Part shown: one piece after another, positions 29,633 to 42,372 of the stretch
How positions within the stretch are numbered: the stretch's first letter is position 1
How the letters are laid out: every line of letters begins with the position of its first letter
From: Eledone cirrhosa
Lineage: Eukaryota
NCBI GenBank assembly: GCA_964016885.1
Contig: OZ024748.1
Coordinates: 21,080,001 to 21,144,000, forward strand
Reading direction: 5' to 3'
Length of the DNA stretch: 64,000 nucleotides
Program-made: the position numbers and the translations under genes
Notes under the pieces: model-generated
Seen by the model: the letters and a program-made list of their open reading frames with translations, nothing else
What the model was told of the DNA's origin: nothing
Databases searched by the model: none

Positions 29633-30105
29633 CCAGATGTGCATAGCGAGAAAGAGAGACAAATACATAGAGAGAAAGAGAGAAAGTCACACGACAGTGA
29701 GACATGTAGTGACAAACTGATACAAATAGACATAGAATCCCAGACAGAGAGACATAAAAACAAAAATCTAGTTTCACATAATGAGAGACAAACACGTTGA
29801 CCCAACCCGCTCCCCCTTCCCCCACAACACATACACACGCACACACGCACACGCACACACAACCATATTGTTGTTATTGATGGGACCTATTATAAAAAAA
29901 AGAATTTCCAGCCGACCACATCTTGTATTTTTAGGGTTATGTGAGACTATTTATTGCTATTCATTGTTGTTATGAGTAAAAATTGATCTAGTCGAAAGTA
30001 ACATTATCTGATGGAATGTGTTGAGACAAAATATGTAGAATGAAAAATTATATAACTTCATATTTGCTGTCTTTTTTGTATCATTGTTATCATTATATGT
30101 ATGTG

Positions 30106-30385
30106 TATCATCATCATTTTCATCATTTCATTTTACGTCCGCTTTTCCCTGCTTGCAAGGGTGGGACGGGAACTGATTCTGGCTTGATTTCTACAGCTGG
30201 ATGCCCTTCCTAACACCAACCTCATTTACAGTGAGTGCTGGGTGCTTTTTTGCCGTGGCACCTCCACGACCACTTTGCAGTGGAATGATAGGGACCCCAG
30301 TCCCTATCATCTCATTTCTACAGCTGAGTAAACTGGAGCAATGTGAAATAAAGTGTCTTGCTCAAGGAAACAACACATCGCCCGT
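30106..30385 (-). mobile_element. 5'-truncated CORE-type SINE with RTE-like 3' tail
   Basis: CTGGATGCCCTTCCTAACACCAACC tail motif, CORE reverse complement at 30335-30378, (GAT)n end. Confidence 0.7.
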
Positions 30386-30392
30386 GTGTATG

Positions 30393-30438
<46 letters not shown>

Positions 30439-30445
30439 TGTATGA

Positions 30446-30672
30446 AGGCGCGTGGCCGAGTGGCCGAGTGGTTAGAGAATTAAATTCGCCATCGTGAGGT
30501 TGTGAGTTCGATTCCTGGACCGGGTGATGCGTTATGTCCTTGGGCAAGACACTTTATTACACGTTGTTCTTTCTATCTAGAGTTGCGACCGATAGATAGT
30601 ATTATCAATTGGAAAGATTGTTTCCTCCAACGGTAACATTGTTTCCTCGGGTCCGATTTGACGAAAGTCGAT
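30446..30672 (+). mobile_element. SINE B copy
   Basis: colinear with 2250-2458; duplicated TGGCCGAG in the A-box. Confidence 0.88.
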
Positions 30673-30810
30673 AGACTGTCGATATATATATATATATATA
30701 TAAATTAAATTAACCGATATAAAAGACCCCGAAGCGAAAACCAACCAAACAGTGAGTGTGTTCTGTTATTAATTCTGGCAATATTATTGCACAAATATGA
30801 CCCTCCCCAA

Positions 30811-30913
<103 letters not shown>

Positions 30914-31406
30914 AGCATACAAACTACATCTGCCTTTCAGCTAAAATATTTCTCATTTGACTGTACAATGCAGTAGCAATATATAAAAAGACTATGGATG
31001 ACAAATAAAACAAAACAAAGTGATGCTTTACCCAATATATTTCAACATGATATTTCAGGGCTAATACCCTCTTTTCAAACGTAAAATTTTGTTTTGTTTC
31101 ATTTGTCATATTTTACCCTTTATATATTTCTACAACATTGTACCAACTTTCTGAAACTTTCATCATTTATTACATATCTCAGTGTTTCGTATTAACTATG
31201 CTATATTTTTCTTATTTGCTATTATTTGCTTTGATAAATAGTTGAACGTCAGCTCCCTTCTTTCGCTTTCTATTCGCCACAAATATTTTCATTCTACACA
31301 CATTGTTCATATTTTTTACATATATTTCGTCAACTACTTCTTTTTCATTTTTTTTTTTTTTTTACTATTTTCATTTTTCGTTTTAAACCTTAAATTTTAA
31401 CCTTTA

Positions 31407-31457
<51 letters not shown>

Positions 31458-31460
<3 letters not shown>

Positions 31461-31617
31461 TACACCAGGTTCAATTGGGGGTAACCGTAGTAAGTAAGGT
31501 ACTCAATACATAGCAGAGTATAAATATTCAATATGGAAATGGCTTCTACAGGGCTAGAACTGTTTCACTCGGAGAAAATGAGGATTTCCTGCGTATGAAG
31601 CCATTTCTATATTAAAT
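31458..31617. mobile_element. Penelope-like pLTR fragment with a 22-bp inverted repeat around a decayed HHR
   Basis: homologous to 53766-53907; minus strand reads GAAA CAG ttctagcc CTG TA GAAGCCAT, and the CTGANGA core is lost. Confidence 0.6.
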
Positions 31618-31730
31618 ATGTGTATAAATATGTATATATACATATATACATAATATATACATACACACATACATACATGCATACATACATACGTACATAC
31701 ATACATACATACATACATACATACATACAT

Positions 31731-32116
31731 GGTGGCTGCCAACTCGTTTTCGAGTACGGCCACTACTTTATATCCATGTAGGAGAACCCCTACCGATGCG
31801 CTGAACGAATGTGACTTTTTAGTCCAGCCAGCGACTTGAAAACTCTGGTACAAAGACTACACTTGTGACCATTATTGACACATAGTGCAGGGCCCATGGT
31901 ACCATGTGATGACAAGTACAGAGAGATCTCCAGATATAAAGCAATGCCTGTGCTGTGAAGCTTTTATAGTGAGCAAAGGCACTGCACAAAGCCAGTCCCA
32001 CTCTCTTAACCAAGATGATATTTACCAAAAAGAAGAACAAGTCAACATCATTGGATACCATCAGGGTTGCAGGTGTTATATCAGAGTTTTCCTTCTCCTA
32101 GAATTCTGCCTTGACA
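31731..32116 (-). mobile_element. bipartite RTE-derived element, 5'-truncated
   Basis: near-identical to 15503-15888. Confidence 0.85.
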
Positions 32117-32148
32117 TACATGCATACATACATACATACATACATACA

Positions 32149-32179
<31 letters not shown>

Positions 32180-32513
32180 GTATACATACATATGTATATA
32201 TTCCGTTCTAGCTGTATATGCGTGTGTGTGTGTGTGTGTACACCCACATATACATATATAGGAGGGGAAATATGTATAAATGATAAATAATTTCAGAAGC
32301 TAAGGCTGTTAAGTAACACTAATTCTGCTATTCTGTCATTCCGTTATTCCGTTATTCTGTTCAATCTACCGTGGAATCGTAAAAAGATTTTAAATCACTG
32401 TCCTAGATTACGGCGTGTATTTTCCCTTTGCACAATCTTTGTGTGTGTATGTATCTGTGTTTATGTGTATGTGCGTATTTGTATACTTATGTGTCTGTAT
32501 AGGAGTAGAGTTT

Positions 32514-32573
<60 letters not shown>

Positions 32574-32652
32574 TATATATGCATATATACATATATATGC
32601 ATATATACATATTATACAAATTATATATAAATATATATATATAAATATATAA

Positions 32653-32706
<54 letters not shown>

Positions 32707-32737
32707 GTATATATATATAACTATATAAGTGTATATG

Positions 32738-32789
<52 letters not shown>

Positions 32790-32814
32790 CACATACATAT
32801 ACACTTATATATTA

Positions 32815-32853
<39 letters not shown>

Positions 32854-32854
<1 letters not shown>

Positions 32855-33042
32855 GGGCGGTGGATTGGCAGTATCGGTAGAGGGTCGGACACCATGCTTT
32901 GCAAGCACAGAGTTACGGTCCTTTATGGACTGAGTTCAAATCCCGCCGAGGTTAACTTTGCCTTTCATCCTTACGGGGTCGATAAAATAAAGTACCAGTA
33001 ATACACTGGGATAATTGCTGGCCTTGTGCCTAAAATAGAAAC

Positions 33043-33046
<4 letters not shown>
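32854..33046 (+). mobile_element. SINE A, short form, in (TA)n
   Basis: SINE A motifs. Confidence 0.9.
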
Positions 33047-33080
<34 letters not shown>

Positions 33081-33104
33081 TTATATGTATATATATATAT
33101 ATAG

Positions 33105-33136
<32 letters not shown>

Positions 33137-33137
33137 G

Positions 33138-33171
<34 letters not shown>

Positions 33172-33321
33172 GTATATATATATATATATATATGGACACA
33201 AACTACTACGTACAGAGAAATCAACTGTCTTAGTGTAGTGAATATTATCGTCAAAGGTCAACTGTAAAAGGAAATGAAAATGAGTCCTGGTAAACATATC
33301 AAACTCCCAACAGACTGTCAT

Positions 33322-33457
33322 CATAACAACAACAACAATAAAAGCAACAACAACAATAAAGGCAACAACAATAACACCAACAACACCAGTAACAAGAACA
33401 ACAACTGTAACAACAACAAACAGCGACAACAGCTATGACAACGACAACAACAACAAA

Positions 33458-33488
<31 letters not shown>

Positions 33489-33706
33489 ACAACAATGACG
33501 ACAACAACAGTAGCAACAACAACAACAAAAGCAGCAACGACAACAACAACAGCAACAACAACAACAACAATAACGACGACAACAACAATAAGAACAACAA
33601 CAGCAGCAACAACAGCAGCAACAACAACAACAGCAACAACAATAACGACAACAACAACAGTAGCAACAACAACAACAGTAGCAACAACAACAACAGTAGC
33701 AACAAG

Positions 33707-33740
<34 letters not shown>

Positions 33741-33995
33741 ACAATAACGACAACAACAACAGTAGCAACAAGAACAACACGAACAACAATAGCAACAACA
33801 GCAACAATAACAACACCAACAAAAACGACAGTATCGTAACAACATAAGAATCGTAATAGATATCAGTAGAGTAGAAACACAAACAAAAGAAACGCTGCTC
33901 GAGAGAGAAATCAATAGAAGCAGACGATCAAACAGCAACACTAACAACAACGACAACGACGACGACGAAAACGACGACACCAACGACAACGACGA
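33322..33995. repeat. (CAA/CAG/CGA)n microsatellite
   Basis: direct inspection. Confidence 0.95.
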
Positions 33996-34196
33996 TATGG
34001 CGTATATATATATGTATATTTTTTAATCTCAAGTGATTGTGTCCACAATATATAAAGATTCTAAAGGTCTACAAATAAGAGTTATTACCTTCCATAATGT
34101 GGAGAGAATAAAAAATGTTAACAATTGTCCATATCTTGTATACTAGTAATGCTAAGCAAATAAATGATATAAAAGCTAGTATATATATAGAGATAG

Positions 34197-34269
<73 letters not shown>

Positions 34270-34345
34270 TTCGAGTCTGTGCGTGTGTGTGTATGTCTTC
34301 GTGTCTGTGTGTATAGATATGTAAATACATATATATATATATGTA

Positions 34346-34402
<57 letters not shown>

Positions 34403-34430
34403 GTATATATACATATAGATATACATATAA

Positions 34431-34606
<176 letters not shown>

Positions 34607-34833
34607 GTATATATATATGTATATGTATATATATATATATGTGTATATATATATGTATATATATATATACATACATATATATATACGTATATATATATAT
34701 ATATACGTATATATATACGTATATAAATATGTATATATAAATATCGTATTTCGTATGTTTATAAATAAACATTTAGAAAGTCGTAACTATGCAAAAATAG
34801 TCCCTTAATTTAATTTAATTAAATTTATTTCGG

Positions 34834-34916
<83 letters not shown>

Positions 34917-35151
34917 TAGATAGATAGATAGATATAGATATAGATATAGATAGATATATATATATATATCCGAAATAAATTTAATTAGATTAAATTAAGG
35001 GAGTCATGTCCGAGACGTGCGCCATATATAATAGAATTAGAAATTAGCTCCGAACATAGCTGTATACAAATATGTATTTCAATTTCGTATTTCTAAAGAA
35101 ATGTTTATTTATATATAAATTCTAATTCTATTCTATTATATGTTGAGTCAA

Positions 35152-35541
35152 GGGCGGTGAATTGGCAGTATCGGTAGAGGGTTGGACGCCATGCTTTCTA
35201 GCATAGTTACGTCCCTTTACGGTCTGAGTTCAAATCCCGCCAAGGTTGACTTTGCCTTTCATCCTTACGGGGTCGATAAAAATAAAGTACCAGTGAGGCA
35301 CTGGGTAGTTGCTGGCCTTGTGCCTAAAGTAGAAACAATTATATGTTGAGTCAAGGCGGTGAATTACCAGTATCGGTAGAGGGTTGGACTCCATGCTTTC
35401 TAGCATAGTTACGTCCCTTTACGGTCTGAGTTCAAATCCCGCCAAGGTTAACTTTGCCTTTCATCCTTACTGGGTCGATAAAATAAAGTACCAGTAATGT
35501 ACTGGATAATTGCTGGCCTTGTGCCGAAAGTAGAAACAATT
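35152..35541 (+). mobile_element. two head-to-tail SINE A copies
   Basis: SINE A motifs; ATGTTGAGTCAA-like spacer occurs three times. Confidence 0.9.
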
Positions 35542-35663
35542 TTATGTTTGAGTCAACTTATACAGCTTCATATGCAAATGAGATTAATCACCTCATTTAC
35601 ACAGACAAGAAAACTATATATTCTCGCCTGTTTTCAAAGTCCACCATTTGCAAGAACGGGAGA

Positions 35664-35709
35664 GGTTGTCCTGACGAGACCCAATTCAGTTCGAAATGCA
35701 TCGACGATT
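35664..35709 (+). ncRNA. minimal type I hammerhead ribozyme motif
   Basis: TTGTC CTGACGA GAC ccaattca GTTC GAAA TGCA TC^GACGA; palindromic stem III (ATGCAT), weak stem II. Confidence 0.7.
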
Positions 35710-36154
35710 GTCCCCCTTGCTTCTGCTGGACACTGCTGGGTGAGTATTGTTGCATAGTTACGACTTTCTAAATGTTTATTTATAAACATACGAAATACGA
35801 TATTTATATATATATATATATGTATATATATGTATATATATATATATATATACATATATATATACATATGTATATACGTATGTATATATATATACGTATA
35901 TATTTATGTATATATATATATATATATATATATAATGTAGGAGGTGAGTTTTATTGTAGTACAATAAAGCAATGCAGATATCGGATAAGTTGATATGTTG
36001 ATTTAAAACCTCACTATTCACAAGTGTGTTTTAACCTTCATATCATGTCTCCCTATTTTATCTGACGAAAACGCAAATGTTATTGCATGATGATATTTGG
36101 TTTTGAAATGCGCATAATAAAATACATGGAACTCTTTTAACCATCTTTTGATCT

Positions 36155-36219
<65 letters not shown>

Positions 36220-36263
36220 AAGTTAAATAAAAGTCAAATGATTAAAATTTAGCTTCGTTTATT

Positions 36264-36318
36264 ACTGCCATATATATTTCAGTGACAGCCATCTTTGGCT
36301 GTGACCTCTTCAGGCAGT
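36264..36318 (-). ncRNA. type I hammerhead motif with non-cleavable G at position 17
   Basis: ACTGC CTGAAGA ggtcACAGCCA aaga TGGCTGT cact GAAA TATATA TG GCAGT. Confidence 0.75.
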
Positions 36319-36437
36319 TTGAATTAGTATGGTATAAACAAGTACATATGTTGTTTAGGTGTATGATATTGTCAATACTCTGATATGCCCAGTTCCTTGT
36401 TGGGTTGTTAATTCACTGGGGAACTGGAGTCATATGA

Positions 36438-36484
<47 letters not shown>

Positions 36485-36528
36485 AAGTTAAATAAAAGTC
36501 AAATGATTAAAATTTAGCTTCGTTTATT

Positions 36529-36583
36529 ACTGCTATATATATTTCAGTGACAGCCATCTTTGGCTGTGACCTCTTCAGGCAGT
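36529..36583 (-). ncRNA. type I hammerhead ribozyme, intact core (AUA site)
   Basis: ACTGC CTGAAGA ggtcACAGCCA aaga TGGCTGT cact GAAA TATATA TA^GCAGT. Confidence 0.82.
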
Positions 36584-36702
36584 TTGAATTAGTATGGTAC
36601 AGACAAGTACATATGTTGTTTAGGTGTATGATATTGTCAATACTCTGATATGCCCAATTCCTTGTTGGGTTGTTAATTCACTGGGGAACTGGAGTCATAT
36701 GA

Positions 36703-36786
<84 letters not shown>

Positions 36787-36962
36787 ATTACATAATAAAC
36801 GACACAATATAATCATTTCATAGACGTTTTTGTAAGAATTATCTAGTTTCTCGAAATCTTCGGTAATGAAATAATTATATTGTGTTGTTTATTATATAAT
36901 TAAATAGCTCTGTATTATATATAGAGCACTCTTCTTTCCTTTACCCTTTCTACGGAATACGT

Positions 36963-37006
<44 letters not shown>

Positions 37007-37010
<4 letters not shown>

Positions 37011-37200
37011 AAAAAGTATGACCCCGACGGCAGAGCTCAAGCAGTTTCGACGGCTATTTCTGGACTCAAGAAATACCCGTCGAAACGGCTTGAGCTCTGC
37101 TGTCGGAGTCATACTTTTTCCTATTTCCCACTCTACTACCCTAAGTATTGAGTACTCTGGTGCGTTATGGTCAATCTGGTTCCTTACCACAATTTCTTTG
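37007..37200 (+). mobile_element. palindromic Penelope-like pLTR fragment with tail
   Basis: palindrome 37007-37123; tail homologous to 23019-23097. Confidence 0.7.
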
Positions 37201-37247
<47 letters not shown>

Positions 37248-37251
37248 TTAC

Positions 37252-37428
37252 AAAGAGGGTGTGGTAAGATAGCAGGTGAACCATAACGCACCAGAGTACT
37301 CGATACTTGGAGTAGTAGAGTGGGTAATATGAAAAGGTTCAGGACCCCAACGGCTGAGCTATGGCCGTTTGGGAACTAGCTGTCAAAACGGCCGGAGCTC
37401 AGCCGTTGGGGTCCTGAAGCTTTTCATA
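37252..37428 (-). mobile_element. diverged palindromic pLTR fragment, tail-to-tail with the previous copy
   Basis: palindrome 37328-37428; tail 37252-37327 is the reverse complement of the family tail. Confidence 0.65.
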
Positions 37429-37436
37429 TATATATT

Positions 37437-37468
<32 letters not shown>

Positions 37469-37495
37469 GGTCACAAACACACACACACACACACG

Positions 37496-37598
<103 letters not shown>

Positions 37599-37645
37599 AT
37601 AGGTGTAAGTCAACATGTTAAAGTTGGGTTCGTTTATTCAAATTC

Positions 37646-37700
37646 GCTGCTATACATATTTCAGTGACAGCCATTATTCGCTATGACCTCATCAGGCAGT
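37646..37700 (-). ncRNA. type I hammerhead ribozyme, intact core
   Basis: CTGC CTGATGA ggtcATAGCgAataaTgGCTGTcact GAAA TATGTA TA^GCAG. Confidence 0.78.
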
Positions 37701-37863
37701 AAGAATTTAGGCAGAAAAAACAGGAAAACATGAATATATATATATATATATATATATATAATGCGATGAAATACCAATGATGGTTGGAAAATCACTGACG
37801 AAGGACTATTTTTGTCATATGTAACCCATGTGCAACCACGCAGTATTCTTCTTTCTTCTCATG

Positions 37864-37947
<84 letters not shown>

Positions 37948-38013
37948 TTATATAAAATTATATAAACTATATAAAATAAACAAAGAAGCCTTTAATACAT
38001 TAAAAATCTTTAT

Positions 38014-38058
38014 TTGCTGACAATGTTTCGTCCCATTAATAAGGACTCATCAGAGCAA
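38014..38058 (-). ncRNA. canonical minimal type I hammerhead ribozyme (GUC site)
   Basis: TTGCT CTGATGA GTCC ttattaatg GGAC GAAA CATTG TC^AGCAA; all core bases present, stems I and II fully paired. Confidence 0.88.
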
Positions 38059-38605
38059 GTAAAAGACAAGAAGTATTAACGGCCAGAACAAGCCAAAACT
38101 CAGAAGAACAGCTAATGGATATTTATGAAAATTTGGGAAAATTATCATTGAAAGACATGCTAAATCTAATAGCGTGCATTTGTAAATAAAGACTATAGGG
38201 CAAGAGAGCAGGGAAGACGTTAAACAAACCCACGTTAAAAGTACAATATAAGTCTAATACTTGAAATACAACATAGTAATACAATGTGAGAATTATAATA
38301 TAATATCCAATACAATACAATATATAATACAGAAATAAAACTTAATATATATATATATATACATCCACACTCACTCTGACACATATATATACACATTTAC
38401 ACATACACATAATAACACAAATATAAATATAAGCATTATAATAGAATAATCACCCTGACGGTGTGATTAAACAATACCAAAATCAATGAAAATAATATAT
38501 TGACATTAAAAAAATATATAAAAATTCATCTTACGTATCATGTAAAGTCAACAAATTGTGTATAAAAACATAATGCATTTCACAGGGTAAAAAATAATAA
38601 TAATA

Positions 38606-38792
38606 ATTGTTTCTACTTTAGGCACAAGGCCAGCAATTACCCAGTGCGTTACTGGTACTTTATTTTATCGACCCCGTAAGGATGAAAGGCAAAGTCAACC
38701 TCGGCTGGATTTGAACTCAGATCGTAAAGGGACGTAACTATGCTGGAAAGCATGGCGTCCGACCCTCCACCGATACTGCCAATCCACCGCCC
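38606..38792 (-). mobile_element. SINE A, full length, short form
   Basis: reverse complement of SINE A. Confidence 0.9.
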
Positions 38793-39054
38793 TTATAATA
38801 ATAATAATACCATATAATAATATAAAGTCTGGTGAAAAAATATATAAATATATATAATAATATATAATAGACAATAGATATACGGAGATATAGGCAGTTC
38901 AAATCCATATAATATTACATATTAATATTTCAATACCGGACACATACTTATAATATATATATATATAGTAATAATAAAATTGAAGACTAAAATCCAAAGA
39001 GGGCTCGATAAGGAAAATATATATCAAATATATAAGAACCGTAGAGCAAATATT

Positions 39055-39174
39055 TATTAAAATAACAGATTAAAGTTTAAGCAAAGAATCGCGTTTACAG
39101 ATTGACTTTGTTAGTTTCAGAAGATCCCGTTAAGGGTGAAAGCAGCGATTCTTTGCTTAAACTTTAATCTGTTA

Positions 39175-39182
<8 letters not shown>
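39055..39182. repeat. 38-bp perfect inverted repeat enclosing a decayed HHR-like core
   Basis: arms 39055-39092 and 39145-39182; single-arm homologue at 45727-45797. Confidence 0.8.
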
Positions 39183-39262
<80 letters not shown>

Positions 39263-39518
39263 TATATACATATACATATATTCATGAATACATGTAGGCG
39301 CATAAATACGCACACACACACACTCACACACATACACACATATGTCAGTGTGTATGTATATTTGTGTAAACCCCTCCCAATCACATATAATACGTCTAAA
39401 CCTTGTCAAAACACGCCACACACAAAATATAATCACCCGGTTAAATGTTTTTTAAATTAAATTTAACAGGAAACCCTCCCTACTGAGATCCCAGTCTACA
39501 CATGGCTTCTTTAATAAT

Positions 39519-39696
39519 AATTGTTTCTACTTTTGGCACAAGGCCAGCAATTACCCAGTGCATTACTGGTACTTTATTTTATCGACCCCGTAAGGATGAA
39601 AGGCAAAGTTAACCTCGGCGGGATTTGAACTCAGAATGGCAAGGGCCGTAACTCTATGCGTCAAAGCATGTCGTCCGACCCCCTACCGATACTGCC
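39519..39696 (-). mobile_element. SINE A
   Basis: reverse complement of SINE A. Confidence 0.9.
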
Positions 39697-39957
39697 TAAT
39701 AATGATTTATATTTTAATTTTATTTATTAATAAATTTATTCAAAAGCAAAAAAAAAACCTTATTTAGTAAGAAAAAATTAAAAATGGGGAAACACAAGGA
39801 AAGAAAGAATAGGGAAATATAGAAAAAAAGAAAAGAGAGAAAGATAGAAGAAAAAGAACGGGAAAGGGTGGTGGTGGCAAGAGCTCTGGTATCACAGAAG
39901 AGAGGGAGTGAGGGAGAGGGTGATTTGGGCTTTGGGCCTAGGGCAAGGGGGCAGGAG

Positions 39958-40208
39958 TGCTGCATCTAATTCTGCATATATACTTGTACAGATGCAAAGC
40001 GTATGCACATGCACACATACAACTCAAAACTTCCACATCCACATATACAACAACATCCATACCTGCACACACATGCACTCATATAGACATGCATACATAT
40101 CTACCTAGTTGATGTTGTGTAAATTCCAATGAGAGAGTATTGTAACTATGTTAGAAACCGACTCTCTTTCGATTGGCAAACATTTGTGAAATTATAAAAC
40201 CAGAAGAA
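39958..40208 (+). mobile_element. R4/Dong LINE 3'UTR fragment followed by (TACA)n
   Basis: colinear with 16730-16975. Confidence 0.78.
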
Positions 40209-40467
40209 CATACATACATACATGCATGCATACATACATACATACATACATACATGCATGCATACATACATACATACATACATACATACATACATACATA
40301 CATACATACATACATGCATACATGCATACATGCATGCATGCATGCATACATGCATACATACATACATACATGCATACATGCATACATACATACATACATA
40401 CATACATACATACATACATACATACATACATGCATGCATGCATGCATACATACATACATACATACAT

Positions 40468-40877
40468 GGTGGCTGCCAACTCGTTTTCGAGTACGGCCAC
40501 TACTTTATATCCATGTAGGAGAACCCCTACCGATGCGCTGAACGAGTGTGACTTTTTAATCCAGCCAGCGACTTGAAAACTCTGGTACAAACACTACACT
40601 TGTGACAATTATTGACACATAGTGCTGGGCCCACGGTACCATGTGACGACAAGTGCAGAGAGATCTCCAGATATAAAGCAATGCCTGTACCGTGAAGCTT
40701 TTATAGTGAGCAAAGGCACTGCACAAAGCCAGTCCCACTCTCTTGACCAAGATGATATTTACCAAAAAGAAGAACAAGTCAACATCATTGGATACCATCA
40801 GGGTTGCAGGTGTTATATCAGAGTTTTCCTTCTCCTAGAATTCTGCCTTGACAAAGACTAAGGGGTCATCTCTCCCG
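40468..40877 (-). mobile_element. bipartite RTE-derived element, 5'-truncated
   Basis: near-identical to 15503-15912. Confidence 0.85.
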
Positions 40878-41926
40878 TATCATACATGTATGTATCATAC
40901 ATACATACATAATACATGCATGCATACATACATACATACATACATACATACATACATACATACATACATACATACATACATACATACATACATACATACA
41001 TACATACTTATTTATAAATTATTCACTATACAACCCTACTCAACAACTCGAGATTCAATAAATCTAAACTAGCCCAAGTCGCAGCACACAAAGTGCAACA
41101 ATTCGCCGCCATATTGCAATACAAACTTTTTGCCATTCTCTTCTTCCCATTCCTCTCTTCCCACCCCAATAAACACCAAACATGTGTCAGTTTTATCTCA
41201 GGTCTTATATATTTCTATTTAAAGATACCATCTTGGAATTGTCAGCCAGTTAACTGTAATCAATCAAGCTTTTATCTCGTGTCTAATATTACACGGCCAT
41301 ATTTACAGACTATCATAGATGTACGTAAGATACATTTAAAGTTGTTGGTTTTATATATTTCATTTCTATCTATATCGATATTTAGATCTGGCATTTGATT
41401 GATCACCTCGTGTTTTATGTAAGTATTTATACCTCGTTTTTGGTTGGTACATTAGTATAATTAGTGTGATACCATAATAGTTGTTTTTTTTTTGTTGTTG
41501 TTGTTGTTTTTTTGTTTGTTTGTTTTGGTTTTTTATGGGGAAGGGTATTTTGGGAAGGTCATTTTTTTACTTTCTAATTAAAATCGCACGCATATTCGTT
41601 GAAGTCCATTTCATTGTTGTCATCTGTCAACTACGTTCTTCATCGACTTGTCAAAAAAATGTCAACACATTTCTATAATCTGATCAATCTTATTATATCA
41701 ATCTCCAACTCTCAGTTATTGTCAGAGTATTGATAAGGTCACAGTAGTGTGATGCACAATTATTGATGAGCTGATTAATAAGTTATTTAACAACAAAGAT
41801 GGGTACGCTGATTTGGAAGAATCGTTAGTACGTTTGGATTAAAATTATTTCGGTATCACGGAGACCTGAGTTCAAATTCTACCGTAGTCAATTTTGTCTT
41901 TTATCCTTTGAAAGTTAATAAATAAA

Positions 41927-41958
<32 letters not shown>

Positions 41959-42228
41959 GAAAAGAGTTACAAGAAGAATTGGCCCTAGCTATAGACTGCT
42001 ATGACTAGAGCCAATTCTTCTTCTAACTCTTTTCATCTCTCTCTCTCTCTCTACCTATCTATCTCTCTGTCTCTCTCTCTCTCTTGATGAAGACTGCGGG
42101 TTTGCACGAAAGTTGAGATCTCACATTTCCAAAAGAAAACCGTCTATATGAAACCTGAGGTATCACTGTTGGATTCCAAGAATAATAAATATCCTACATC
42201 TTTTATCATTTCACATTCGTTCAAGTTA

Positions 42229-42297
<69 letters not shown>

Positions 42298-42372
42298 TAC
42301 ATACATACATACATACATACATACATACATACATACATACATACATACATACATACATACATACATACATAC

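Larger units (their letters stand above)
36214..36707 (-). mobile_element. tandem pair of ~230-bp HHR-bearing units separated by (TA)n, period 265 bp
   Basis: 36214-36442 and 36479-36707 are nearly identical. Confidence 0.85.
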
